A stretch of 64,000 nt of DNA from Patescibacteria group bacterium (lineage in GTDB: Bacteria > Patescibacteriota > Patescibacteriia > JAHIZJ01): assembly GCA_028714495.1 (NCBI GenBank), contig JAQTMH010000002.1:75471-139470 (forward strand), read 5' to 3'. Made by a program: the position numbers and the translations under genes. Below the pieces are notes generated by a model that worked only from the letters and a program-made list of their open reading frames with translations, did not search any database and was not told where the DNA came from. Positions 1 to 8,298 of the stretch are shown piece by piece (positions within the stretch are counted from its first letter, which is position 1; the number at the start of each line of letters is the position of its first letter).

Positions 1-457
1 CCCGGGCATCGCGGCGCAAAAAACCAAGTCTTTTTAATTGCGGACGGTTTTCTAGATCAAGCGTTACTAGCAGACGAGCCAGTCCGTGCCGAACACTGTC
101 TGCCTGACCCCTTACGCCGCCCCCGGATACCTTCACAGAAATATCGCCTTCGAGTTTATTCGCTAATACCTTAAGCGGGGCGAGAGCGAGGTTTTGAAGC
201 TCAAGGGTTTTAAAATATTTTTCAACTGGTTGCCCATTAACCGTGTATTTACCTTCGCCTTTTTTATAATATCGAACCCGGGCAATGGCTGTCTTTCTCC
301 GTCCAACCGCAAAAATATAGCTTAATCTTTTTGACTTAATTTTTTCCTCAACCGGCGCGACTGAGGTTTTTGCCACCCCTGTCTTCCTGGGCCGGCCGCG
401 CTTTCTTTTTGCCTCAATCGGTTTCTTGGCAATTGTCTTCTTTATGGCTTTTGGCAT
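1..457 (-). CDS. rpsI: 30S ribosomal protein S9, 3' partial, with a Lys-rich N-terminal extension
   Basis: Manual translation from ATG at 457 gives AVGRRKTAIARVR, VSGGGVRGQADSVRHGLARLL and LKRLGFLRRDAR; follows rplM and runs off the window edge. Confidence 0.95.
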   Translation of the reverse strand, partial: MPKAIKKTIAKKPIEAKRKRGRPRKTGVAKTSVAPVEEKIKSKRLSYIFAVGRRKTAIARVRYYKKGEGKYTVNGQPVEKYFKTLELQNLALAPLKVLANKLEGDISVKVSGGGVRGQADSVRHGLARLLVTLDLENRPQLKRLGFLRRDAR

Positions 458-460
458 ATT

Positions 461-823
461 TTAGATAAATAGTAATCGGGTCATTCGATGAGCGCGCAAA
501 CGGTTTGGCGGCAACATATTGTAGACCGCCTTATATAGAATTACCTGGGGTCGGCTTTTCAAATACTGGTCAAGCCTGACTTCTTTCATCCCCCCGGGGT
601 AACCGCTGTAGTGACGATAAACCTTTTTTGTTTCTTTCTTTCCCGTAATTTTAATTTCCTTAATATTCAATATTTTTACAGTTACTGAAATATCCAAATT
701 CGGAGCATAATCAGTTCGGTGTTTGCCCTGCAGTAAAAAAGCGATCTTTGAAGCCAGTCGTCCAAATGACTGGTTTCGCGCGTCCAGTTCAAAGATTTCA
801 GTTTTTTTACTTGTCTTTTTCAT
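461..823 (-). CDS. rplM: 50S ribosomal protein L13
   Basis: GRLASKIA..LQGKH, YRHYSGYPGG and MLPPNRL motifs. Confidence 0.97.
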   Translation of the reverse strand: MKKTSKKTEIFELDARNQSFGRLASKIAFLLQGKHRTDYAPNLDISVTVKILNIKEIKITGKKETKKVYRHYSGYPGGMKEVRLDQYLKSRPQVILYKAVYNMLPPNRLRAHRMTRLLFI

Positions 824-1256
824 GTTTTGCTCCTTTCTCTTTCTTCAATCCCTGGTCAGACTTTGGTTTTTTGACCTTGGATTTGGCGGTATCTTTTACC
901 GACCGATCCAAAAGCTCGATTACCGCCATTCGAGCGCCATCGCCCTGCCTGACGCCCGCCTTGATAATTCTGACAAAACCGCCGGATCTATTCGCGAATC
1001 TGATCGCTATCTCTGACATCAGCTTGCGGGCCGCTTTTTTACTATTAAGCAAGCTGATAAGTTGGCGGTGGCTGGCAAGATTCTGCTTTTTAGCAATGGT
1101 GACAAGGTGCTCGAAAAACGGCCGGAGCCACTTGGCCTTGGCTAGAGTAGTCACCATGTGCTCGGCCTCAATCAAACTAACCGCCATGTTGCGACGGAGT
1201 AAAACCCGCTGTGAGCGTGGTCGGTCAAGTGTCTTTTTTTCGTTCCGATGGCGCAT
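807..1256 (-). CDS. rplQ: 50S ribosomal protein L17
   Basis: MRHR start, TTLAKAK, RSGGFVRIIK and RQGDGARMAVIEL; follows rpoA. Confidence 0.97.
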   Translation of the reverse strand: MRHRNEKKTLDRPRSQRVLLRRNMAVSLIEAEHMVTTLAKAKWLRPFFEHLVTIAKKQNLASHRQLISLLNSKKAARKLMSEIAIRFANRSGGFVRIIKAGVRQGDGARMAVIELLDRSVKDTAKSKVKKPKSDQGLKKEKGAKHEKDK

Positions 1257-1274
1257 GAAAAATCGTTGAAGTTA

Positions 1275-2054
1275 TTATTCTTCCTTGCTTTCGGTCTTTT
1301 TCGGTCGGCCGCGTTTTTTCTTCGGTTCGGGAGTTTCCGCTTTAGTTTGAGCCTCAACTTTCGGCTTTTCAATATTTTCAACTATGTAGCCGAATTGGTC
1401 ATCCAGCACTTTGGCCGCCTGATATAGAGCCTCTTCCGGCTTGATCGTCCCGTCGGTAGTGATATCCAGCATCAGTTTATCGTAATTCGTCATCTGGCCG
1501 ACCCGGACATTATCGATATCGAAATTAACATTGCGAACCGGCGTGTAAACCGCGTCAATCGCGATCAGGCCAATCTCGCCTTTTTCTTTTTCCCGGCTTT
1601 CTACTGGCACGTAGCCTCGGCCCTTCTCAACCCTCAGTTCCATCTCAAATTCAGCCTTTTTATCGGTCAGCGTGGCGATTACCTGGTCAGGATTGCCTAT
1701 CTCAATTTCGCTGGTAAGCTTGATGTCCTTGGCCGTAACCTTCTTTTCCCCTTTTTCTTTCAGGGTAACTGTCACCGGGCCGTCTGAAAAAATCTTAAAA
1801 CGAACAGTTTTTAAATTCAGAATAATTTCCACTACGTCTTCCTTGACAAAAGGCAAGGTGGAAAATTCATGACTGACATTTTTAATCTTAACCGCGGTAA
1901 TCGCCGCTCCTTCAAGCGAAGACAGCAACACCCGGCGCAAGGCGTTGCCAAGCGTATTGCCATATCCGGGGTAGCACGGTTCAATCGTAAAAACGGCCCG
2001 GTTATGATCAATCTTTTTCACTTCGATATTCTTTGGCAGTGGGAGTGGTTCCAT
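1275..2054 (-). CDS. rpoA: RNA polymerase alpha subunit, N-terminal domain only, with a basic C-terminal tail
   Basis: EPCYPGYGNTLGNALRRVLLSSLEGAAIT, GRGYVP and RVGQMTNYDKL; only 259 aa. Confidence 0.97.
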   Translation of the reverse strand: MEPLPLPKNIEVKKIDHNRAVFTIEPCYPGYGNTLGNALRRVLLSSLEGAAITAVKIKNVSHEFSTLPFVKEDVVEIILNLKTVRFKIFSDGPVTVTLKEKGEKKVTAKDIKLTSEIEIGNPDQVIATLTDKKAEFEMELRVEKGRGYVPVESREKEKGEIGLIAIDAVYTPVRNVNFDIDNVRVGQMTNYDKLMLDITTDGTIKPEEALYQAAKVLDDQFGYIVENIEKPKVEAQTKAETPEPKKKRGRPKKTESKEE

Positions 2055-2075
2055 ATGTTTTTAAAAATTATTATT

Positions 2076-2711
2076 TTATCTAGAATAAAACTCGATAATC
2101 AACTGGGATTGGAAACTTTGTTTTAATTCTTCGGCCGTCGGATCGCCAATCACCTTGCCCTTAAGCTCTTTTTTATCTAAAGACAGCCAGCTTGGCGTTT
2201 CATGCTTGGCGATTCTTTTTACCAGTTCCTGGAAATAGGCTTTTTTCATTCGCCCCTCTTTCACAATAATTTCATCGCCGACCTTCACTTGATACGATGG
2301 GATGTTCACCGACCGGCCGTTAACCAAGAAATGGCCGTGGCTGACTAATTGCCTGGCTTGATTTCGGGAAACGCCAAAGCCCAAACGGAAGGCTGCATTG
2401 TCCAAACGGAATTCTAATAGTCTGGCTAAATTTACGGCAGTGTCGCCCTTCTGCTGTAAAGCCTTTTTGAAATAATTAAAAAACTGAGTTTCACGCAAGC
2501 CATATTGGCGTTTGGCTTTTTGCTTCTCCCTCAGCTGTAGTCCGTAATTCGAAAGCCTTCCCCGGCCCTTAACGCCCTGAAGTCCCGGCGGGTAGTTGCG
2601 CTTAAGCACGGGACATTTAGTAGTAAAACACTTCTCGCCCTTAATAAAAAGCTTTTCTCCCTCGCGCCGGCATTTTGAACACTTTGAATTTTTCAGTACG
2701 CTCATTATCAA
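2076..2711 (-). CDS. rpsD: 30S ribosomal protein S4 (zinc-ribbon type)
   Basis: CSKCRREGEKLF, YGLQLREKQK, LEFRLDN and ARQLVSHGH. Confidence 0.97.
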   Translation of the reverse strand: MIMSVLKNSKCSKCRREGEKLFIKGEKCFTTKCPVLKRNYPPGLQGVKGRGRLSNYGLQLREKQKAKRQYGLRETQFFNYFKKALQQKGDTAVNLARLLEFRLDNAAFRLGFGVSRNQARQLVSHGHFLVNGRSVNIPSYQVKVGDEIIVKEGRMKKAYFQELVKRIAKHETPSWLSLDKKELKGKVIGDPTAEELKQSFQSQLIIEFYSR

Positions 2712-2725
2712 ATATTATTTATTGT

Positions 2726-3193
2726 TTAGACGCGGCGCACCTTGGGCGGTCGAGGCCCATTATGCGGTATCGGAGTGACGTCCTTGATCGAAAGAATGCT
2801 CAAACCCTGAGCATTAAGCGCCCGAATCGCTCCCTCTCGGCCTGAGCCAACGCCCTTGATCCGAACATCGACCTCTTTAACGCCAAAATCACGGACCTTG
2901 TCCATAATTGATTTCACGATTATGCCAGCCGCGTAGGGCGTTGATTTTTTGGGTCCGGCAAATCCGCACCGTCCCGCTGATGAATTGGCCAAAACATTGC
3001 CTTCGGGATCGGTAAAGGTTACCAAAGTATTGTTGTAGGTAGCCAAAATATTTACTATGGCCCGGGTAACAAACTTCTTCGCGGCTTTTTTCTTCCGATA
3101 GCTCGGCTTGATAATTTTCTTCGAAGATTTTTCAGCCGTCTCTTTTTTCTCTGATTCAGGTTTTGGCTCTACTGATTTATTTTCTTCTGGCAT
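2726..3193 (-). CDS. rpsK: 30S ribosomal protein S11
   Basis: ATYNNT, KKSTPYAA and DVTPIPHNGPRPPKVRRV. Confidence 0.97.
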   Translation of the reverse strand: MPEENKSVEPKPESEKKETAEKSSKKIIKPSYRKKKAAKKFVTRAIVNILATYNNTLVTFTDPEGNVLANSSAGRCGFAGPKKSTPYAAGIIVKSIMDKVRDFGVKEVDVRIKGVGSGREGAIRALNAQGLSILSIKDVTPIPHNGPRPPKVRRV

Positions 3194-3228
3194 ATTATTA
3201 AATAATTCTATTTACAATTTTCTTGGAT

Positions 3229-3621
3229 TTAGGTCTTCTCGGCAGACGGCCGGCGCCCGGAACCCATGGTGTGTCTAATATTGCCCCGGACAGTCCGATT
3301 ATTCGTCTTGGTTCGCTGGCCGCGCACCGGCAAGCCCTTGGCGTGCCTGGTTCCCCGATAGCAACCGATTTCTTTTAATCTTTTGACATTTGAGAAGCGG
3401 TCGCGCTTAAGCTCGCCTTCGACGCGGTAATTTTTGTTAATAAAGTCATTTATTTTTTTTATCTGTTCTTCGGTGAGGTCCTGGGTTCGGGTGTCTGGAT
3501 TTATGCCAGTGACGTCTAGGATTTTTTTAGCTAAAGGCCGGCCGACACCATAAATATAGGTAAGACCGATTTCAACGCGTTTATTTTGTGGAAGGGTTAC
3601 TCCGGCTAAGCGGGCAGCCAT
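3229..3621 (-). CDS. rpsM: 30S ribosomal protein S13
   Basis: [14 protein letters not shown] and [12 protein letters not shown]. Confidence 0.97.
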   Translation of the reverse strand: MAARLAGVTLPQNKRVEIGLTYIYGVGRPLAKKILDVTGINPDTRTQDLTEEQIKKINDFINKNYRVEGELKRDRFSNVKRLKEIGCYRGTRHAKGLPVRGQRTKTNNRTVRGNIRHTMGSGRRPSAEKT

Positions 3622-3630
3622 GTTTTTATA

Positions 3631-3793
3631 ATTACTGGTTACGGATTACGAGTATAAATTACGTATGCGTAAAGTATTTTTTATTTTCTAGAACAATTAT
3701 TTGTTACTTGAAACCCATAGCTCATTACCCAAAACTTGTATCTCTGAACTTACAACCTGTAACCTGAAACTTGTAGCTTTAAACTTGTAACTC
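3631..3793. repeat. Degenerate heptamer tandem repeats in the rpmJ-rpsM spacer
   Basis: TTACTGG TTACGGA TTACGAG, then AACTTAC AACCTGT AACCTGA AACTTGT AGCTTTA AACTTGT. Confidence 0.7.
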
Positions 3794-3802
3794 TTCTATC
3801 TT

Positions 3803-3916
3803 CTACCCTTGGCGTTGTTTGTGTTTTGGATTTGAACAAATCACCATCAGCCTTTTCTTGCGCCGAATGAGTTTGCATTCTTTGCACATTTTTTTTACGG
3901 AGGCTCTCACTTTCAT
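3803..3916 (-). CDS. rpmJ: 50S ribosomal protein L36 (37 aa, not in the ORF track)
   Basis: Manual translation [37 protein letters not shown]. Confidence 0.97.
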   Translation of the reverse strand: MKVRASVKKMCKECKLIRRKKRLMVICSNPKHKQRQG

Positions 3917-3924
3917 GGATTTTT

Positions 3925-4182
3925 TTAATCACGATAGACGATTCTGGCTTTGCTCAAATCATAGGGAGTCATTTCCAGGCTAACTCTGTCACCCGGCAAT
4001 ATTTTAATCCGATTCAGACGCATCCGGCCAGAGAGATGGGCCAAAACCAAGTGACCGTTTTCCAAAACTACTTTGAAAGTCGCGTTTGGCAATAATTCAT
4101 CAACTACCCCCTTGGCCTCAATAAATCCCGGCTTTGCTTTCGGACGTACTCTCGTTGGCTGATTTATTGGACGTTTTCGCAT
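3925..4182 (-). CDS. infA: Translation initiation factor IF-1
   Basis: [21 protein letters not shown] and [12 protein letters not shown]. Confidence 0.97.
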   Translation of the reverse strand: MRKRPINQPTRVRPKAKPGFIEAKGVVDELLPNATFKVVLENGHLVLAHLSGRMRLNRIKILPGDRVSLEMTPYDLSKARIVYRD

Positions 4183-4287
4183 ACTTAAACAAAAATTCTT
4201 CGGTCAAGCTGCTCGACTAAAGAATTGCATTATCCCAACAATTCTAGACGAAAGCTTGACTTCTGGGTTAGTTTTTAATGTAAAATC

Positions 4288-4316
4288 ATTCTACAATAGG
4301 CCTTAATGCTTGTCAA
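4288..4316 (-). promoter_or_regulatory. Sigma70-type promoter of the infA-rpoA operon
   Basis: TTGACA-N17-TAGAAT on the minus strand. Confidence 0.75.
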
Positions 4317-4343
4317 ATCAGATTCCCACTTAACCGGCAGTTT

Positions 4344-4372
4344 TTGACCATTTTGCCTATCCCTGGTACAAT
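4344..4372 (+). promoter_or_regulatory. Sigma70-type promoter of the ABC operon, probably leaderless
   Basis: TTGACC-N17-TACAAT with the ATG 6 nt downstream. Confidence 0.7.
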
Positions 4373-4378
4373 TTCCCT

Positions 4379-5311
4379 ATGCCAATTATTGAAGTAAAAA
4401 ATCTGGTCAAGAAATTTCCCCAGCCTGGCGGTGGCGAGCTTATGGCAGTGGCGGATATATCTTTCACAATTGAGCCAGGCGAGATTTTTGGTCTAGTTGG
4501 GCCGAACGGCGCAGGTAAAACTACCACCCTGGAAATAATTGAGGGGCTGCAAAAGCCTTCCGGCGGCAATACCATCGTTCTTGGTTTCGATTCCCAACAC
4601 GAAGTGGCCAAGGTAAAAGAGCGGATCGGCATCCAGCTTCAATCCTCTTCCTTCTTTGATTATCTGAACTTAATGGAAATTCTGAAACTTTACGGCGGGT
4701 TCTACCCAAAACAGTCTGACCCGGAAGAGCTCCTGCGGATCGTTGAGCTTAGTGAAAAAAGAAAATCTTTGGTCAAACAGCTTTCGGGCGGTCAACAGCA
4801 GCGCTTTTCAATCGCGGTCAGCCTGGTCAATGAACCTGAGGTAGTTTTCTTGGATGAACCAACAACCGGTCTAGATCCACAGGCTCGCCGGCATATGTGG
4901 GATTTCATTCGAAAAATAAATGAACGGGGCAAGACGATTGTTTTAACTACTCACTACATGGAAGAAGCGGAAACACTGTGCGATCGAGTCGGCATAATCG
5001 ACCACGGTAAAATTGTCGCCCTCGATACCCCGGATAATTTAATCAATCACCTTGAGGCCACGGCGCATTTGAGTTTTCAAACAGAAAAAGAGATGGATCC
5101 ATATGAACTTGGTAAAATCACCGGCGTCCTAGCCAGCGAAAAAAACGGCGAAGGAATCTACCGTTTAAAAATTACCAACGCTTCTGAAGTCCTGCCACCG
5201 CTTTTCCGCTGGTCTCATGAGCAAAATAACCGACTTAATAATATAGAAATTTCCCGCGCCAATTTGGAAGACGTCTTTTTAGCCTTAACCGGGAGTCGAA
5301 TCCGTGAATAG
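4379..5311 (+). CDS. ABC-2 type exporter ATP-binding protein
   Basis: Walker A GPNGAGKTT, signature LSGGQQQR, Walker B VFLDEPT and TTHYMEEA. Confidence 0.95.
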   Translation: MPIIEVKNLVKKFPQPGGGELMAVADISFTIEPGEIFGLVGPNGAGKTTTLEIIEGLQKPSGGNTIVLGFDSQHEVAKVKERIGIQLQSSSFFDYLNLMEILKLYGGFYPKQSDPEELLRIVELSEKRKSLVKQLSGGQQQRFSIAVSLVNEPEVVFLDEPTTGLDPQARRHMWDFIRKINERGKTIVLTTHYMEEAETLCDRVGIIDHGKIVALDTPDNLINHLEATAHLSFQTEKEMDPYELGKITGVLASEKNGEGIYRLKITNASEVLPPLFRWSHEQNNRLNNIEISRANLEDVFLALTGSRIRE

Positions 5312-6401
5312 CCCGACTTTCAAGCTTTTTATAGCCAATATCAAGATGACCTTCCGGGATAAGCAGTCTCTTTTCTGGTCTTTGCTTTTTCCTTTACTTT
5401 TCTTGCTTATTTTTGGTTTATTTCGTTTCGATTCGCCGCAGAAATACAATGTTCAGTTTCTCGATGAATCCAAAACCCCGGTTTCACAGCAGTTGATTGA
5501 TAATCTCATGTCGCTCAACGTCTTTTTCCAGAAGGATTTCGGTACCTTAGACGCTGCCCGCGAACAATTAAAGAAAGGCGAACTTGCGGGTATCATTATT
5601 ATCCCATCCCAGTTCGGCACGATCAATCCAAAAGAGCAGAAAGAGCCAGTTCCCTTTAACGTTATTATTGATGGAAGCAATCAGCAGGCGCAAATTATCG
5701 GCACTATCCTAAACCAGTTTTTAAATGACTACACGCTTCAGACGACTGGCACGCCCAAACTCTTTACCGTCGCAACAGAGGGAGTCCAGGGCCACAATGT
5801 CAAATATCTGGATTTTATCATGCCAGGCATCCTCGGCATGGCGATTATGTTCTCATCGATTATCGGAATCGCCGTAGGCATTACCCGTTATCGTGAACGA
5901 AAAATCCTGAAGCGTCTGATGGCCACTCCGATAAAAATCCGAAGCTACCTGATTTCTGAGGTTGGCAATTATCTTTTCCTAGCTTTAATGCAAATTACTC
6001 TGATTATCGGCGTCGGCCGCTTCCTCTTTCATGTCCAGGTTTATGGAAGCTATCTCTGGCTTGTTTTAATTACCTTGGCTGGGACAATTATTTTCCTCAA
6101 TATCGGGTTTTTCGTGGCTGGGCAAGCAAAAACTGTAAACACGGCTGAAGCCATGTCTAACGCGTTTACAACGCCAATGATGTTTCTCTCTGGCGTCTTT
6201 TTCTCACCCGATATGCTGCCGAAACTCGTGGGTAAGATAGTTGATTATTTGCCGTTGACTTCGCTTCTCAAAATTTTACGCGGCATATCAATTGACGGTC
6301 GTGCGCCAACTGAGTATCCTCTGGCACTGGCTATCCTTGGCGGCTGGATCATAGTTTCGTTTATCCTGGCCTGGAAATCTTTCCGTTTGGATAGAGTTTA
6401 A
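5304..6401 (+). CDS. ABC-2 type exporter permease
   Basis: N-terminal TM, extracellular loop, YLDFIMPGILGM, FLSGVFF and further TMs; overlaps the ATPase gene. Confidence 0.93.
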   Translation: MNSPTFKLFIANIKMTFRDKQSLFWSLLFPLLFLLIFGLFRFDSPQKYNVQFLDESKTPVSQQLIDNLMSLNVFFQKDFGTLDAAREQLKKGELAGIIIIPSQFGTINPKEQKEPVPFNVIIDGSNQQAQIIGTILNQFLNDYTLQTTGTPKLFTVATEGVQGHNVKYLDFIMPGILGMAIMFSSIIGIAVGITRYRERKILKRLMATPIKIRSYLISEVGNYLFLALMQITLIIGVGRFLFHVQVYGSYLWLVLITLAGTIIFLNIGFFVAGQAKTVNTAEAMSNAFTTPMMFLSGVFFSPDMLPKLVGKIVDYLPLTSLLKILRGISIDGRAPTEYPLALAILGGWIIVSFILAWKSFRLDRV

Positions 6402-6420
6402 TTTACATATTTTTTATATT

Positions 6421-6460
6421 AAAAAACGGTCTATCTTTCCGATAAACCGGATTTTGTTTT
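6421..6460. terminator. Probable bidirectional terminator
   Basis: CGGTCTATC-TTTCC-GATAAACCG hairpin with A and T tracts between convergent genes. Confidence 0.5.
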
Positions 6461-6472
6461 TGATTAGAATTC

Positions 6473-7072
6473 TTATTGGATTTTCGGATATACCTTATAG
6501 TCGTTAGGCACGATCCGGAGCTTGCAATTACCCGTGAAATAAACAAAAAATTCATCAGTATCGGCGTTAGAGAATGATTCAATATTAAACAGACTGCTTA
6601 GCCCTTTTAAATACGGCTTTGTGAATGAATCCTCATCGGAATTGATAGACAGATCTGGGAATTTACTAAAAGTTTTATAATAATCCTGCAGGCTTTGTGA
6701 AACTTTGACTACCGCGGTATCTTTTTCATCGCATACGGCGCCCTGGAACTTTATAGGCGGAAGACCATATAACAATAAAACCGCGGCGACAATCGTGGTA
6801 ATCGGTATATATCTTGGTAAACTTCTGTTTCTAAGTACCCGATACAAACCAAATCCGTTAAACACCGTGGAGAATAATAGATAGCCAAGGGCAAAAGCGT
6901 CTGACCATGGATTTAAAGCTGGCTGGCTGATGTGTCCAGAGATCCTTTCCGCGTATTCTAGGACAACCGGAGAAAACAACAGCCAAGGCAAACTTAATGC
7001 CACCAAAAAAAGAAATAAATTCGTAATTTTTTTCTCAAGTGTTTTTTGCATAAATCTATTTGTAATAAACAT
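6473..7072 (-). CDS. Hypothetical membrane protein (3 TMs plus a soluble C-terminal domain); true start may be MQKTLEKK
   Basis: 199-aa ORF with hydrophobic segments; the first ATG overlaps a TATAAT box. Confidence 0.7.
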   Translation of the reverse strand: MFITNRFMQKTLEKKITNLFLFLVALSLPWLLFSPVVLEYAERISGHISQPALNPWSDAFALGYLLFSTVFNGFGLYRVLRNRSLPRYIPITTIVAAVLLLYGLPPIKFQGAVCDEKDTAVVKVSQSLQDYYKTFSKFPDLSINSDEDSFTKPYLKGLSSLFNIESFSNADTDEFFVYFTGNCKLRIVPNDYKVYPKIQ

Positions 7073-7094
7073 TATATCAAATTTTCAATTTAAT

Positions 7095-7480
7095 TAAAAA
7101 TGTGAGGCGGAAGACTCCAGAATTATACTAAAGCCTCCCGCCTATTGTGAATGAACACGTGCTCTCCCCCTCTCCACCCACCCTCGTGGATAGAAACCCT
7201 CGAAGCAGGCCCGTTTTTTTGTCGAGACAACCTCGAAGGAAAAAGACGGCAGGGAGATTTGTCTTAATTCTAAATGCACGAATGGCGGGCGGAGAGGGAG
7301 ATTGAAACAAAAAGACGGGGAAATAACCCGTCTTTTTGTTTCTCTCGATTTTCAAACAGCCTATTATTTGCCCACCTCCTCTTCCGCCAGTGAAGACCAG
7401 AGGACGGGTTGACCTCCACCAGATGAAAGTACTAAAGGCGAGCAAACAATAAACTGCTTGGTTTGTGAATGAACAATTTG
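7095..7480 (-). ncRNA. Candidate structured non-coding transcript downstream of ssb
   Basis: No credible ORF; several strong stems, a 13-nt direct repeat TGTTCATTCACAA and a terminal hairpin with a T-tract. Confidence 0.35.
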
Positions 7481-7538
7481 TATTTTTATTTTTATTAGAA
7501 GGGGCCTTGAGGGCAGACCCGAAGGCCCCCGTAATATT

Positions 7539-7970
7539 TTAGGCGGCTGGCTCTTCCACCGGCACTTCCTGGAGGCTTATCTCTTCCTTTGCCAGGGCTT
7601 CTTGTTTCTTGGCTTCATCCTGCTCCACTTTCTTCGAGCCCAAATGGCCGAGCATAATGACATTGTCAGCGATAATTTCCGTGCGCGACCGGCGGTTGCC
7701 CGATTTATCAGCCCAGAAGCGCGTTTGCAGGCGGCCTTCCAAATAAATCTTCGCGCCCTTTTTCAGATACTGGCCGCAAATCTCGCCCAGTTTTCCCCAA
7801 GCCACAACATTGTGGAATTCGGTCGATTCTTTCTTTTCGCGTGACTTGAGATCGCGCCAAACGTAATTGGTCGCCACGCTGAACGAAGCCATGTTTTGAC
7901 CAGATGGCAATGTTCGGATCATGGGGTCTTTGGTCAGATTCCCGATGATGCTTGCTTTATTAAGGTTCAT
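7539..7970 (-). CDS. ssb: Single-stranded DNA-binding protein lacking the C-terminal PF tail
   Basis: MNLNKASIIGNLTKDP, TEFHNVVAWGKLGE and YLEGRLQTR. Confidence 0.93.
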   Translation of the reverse strand: MNLNKASIIGNLTKDPMIRTLPSGQNMASFSVATNYVWRDLKSREKKESTEFHNVVAWGKLGEICGQYLKKGAKIYLEGRLQTRFWADKSGNRRSRTEIIADNVIMLGHLGSKKVEQDEAKKQEALAKEEISLQEVPVEEPAA

Positions 7971-8032
7971 AACCTTTCCTCTCAAACTCCCAAGCCGGCT
8001 TTTTGATATTTCAACCTGTTGTCCACAATCCC

Positions 8033-8139
8033 TAGCGACGGCTCTAAATCTTGACGGCTCTGTCGCTACTCTCTTTTTATCCGCTCAACCGGTGATTTTC
8101 CTTTTTATAGCGACGGCTCTAATCTCCGCGACGGCTCTA
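8033..8139. repeat. Four direct repeats (TA)GCGACGGCTCTA in the ssb leader
   Basis: Copies at 8033-8046, 8053-8061 (core only), 8108-8121 and 8128-8139. Confidence 0.85.
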
Positions 8140-8151
8140 TCACCTATCTTC

Positions 8152-8179
8152 ATTTTAGCACCAGTGTCATTTCTGTCAA
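8152..8179 (-). promoter_or_regulatory. Promoter of ssb
   Basis: TTGACA-N16-TAAAAT with a TGn extension. Confidence 0.7.
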
Positions 8180-8298
8180 TAAAAACGCTGACGCATTATA
8201 TGCCCCAGACATATTAAAATAGCGCTGCAACTTTCTACAGCGTATATTCTTTGGCGGTAACAAAGATAAATACTATTTCAACCTTCGCTGGCTTGTGA

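Noticed and set aside
1172-1381. Alternative-frame ORF as a frameshifted alpha-CTD
   Set aside because: No resemblance to the CTD helix-hairpin-helix sequence, and it overlaps rplQ
7128-7445. 105-aa ORF downstream of ssb
   Set aside because: TTG start, runs through strong hairpins, implausible composition
8033-8139. Mini CRISPR array
   Set aside because: Repeats are only 9-14 nt, spacing is irregular and there are no cas genes
8085-8153. 22-aa ORF MKIGDRAVAEIRAVAIKRKITG as an ssb leader peptide
   Set aside because: Its ATG overlaps the -10 box, so it would not be in the transcript from that promoter
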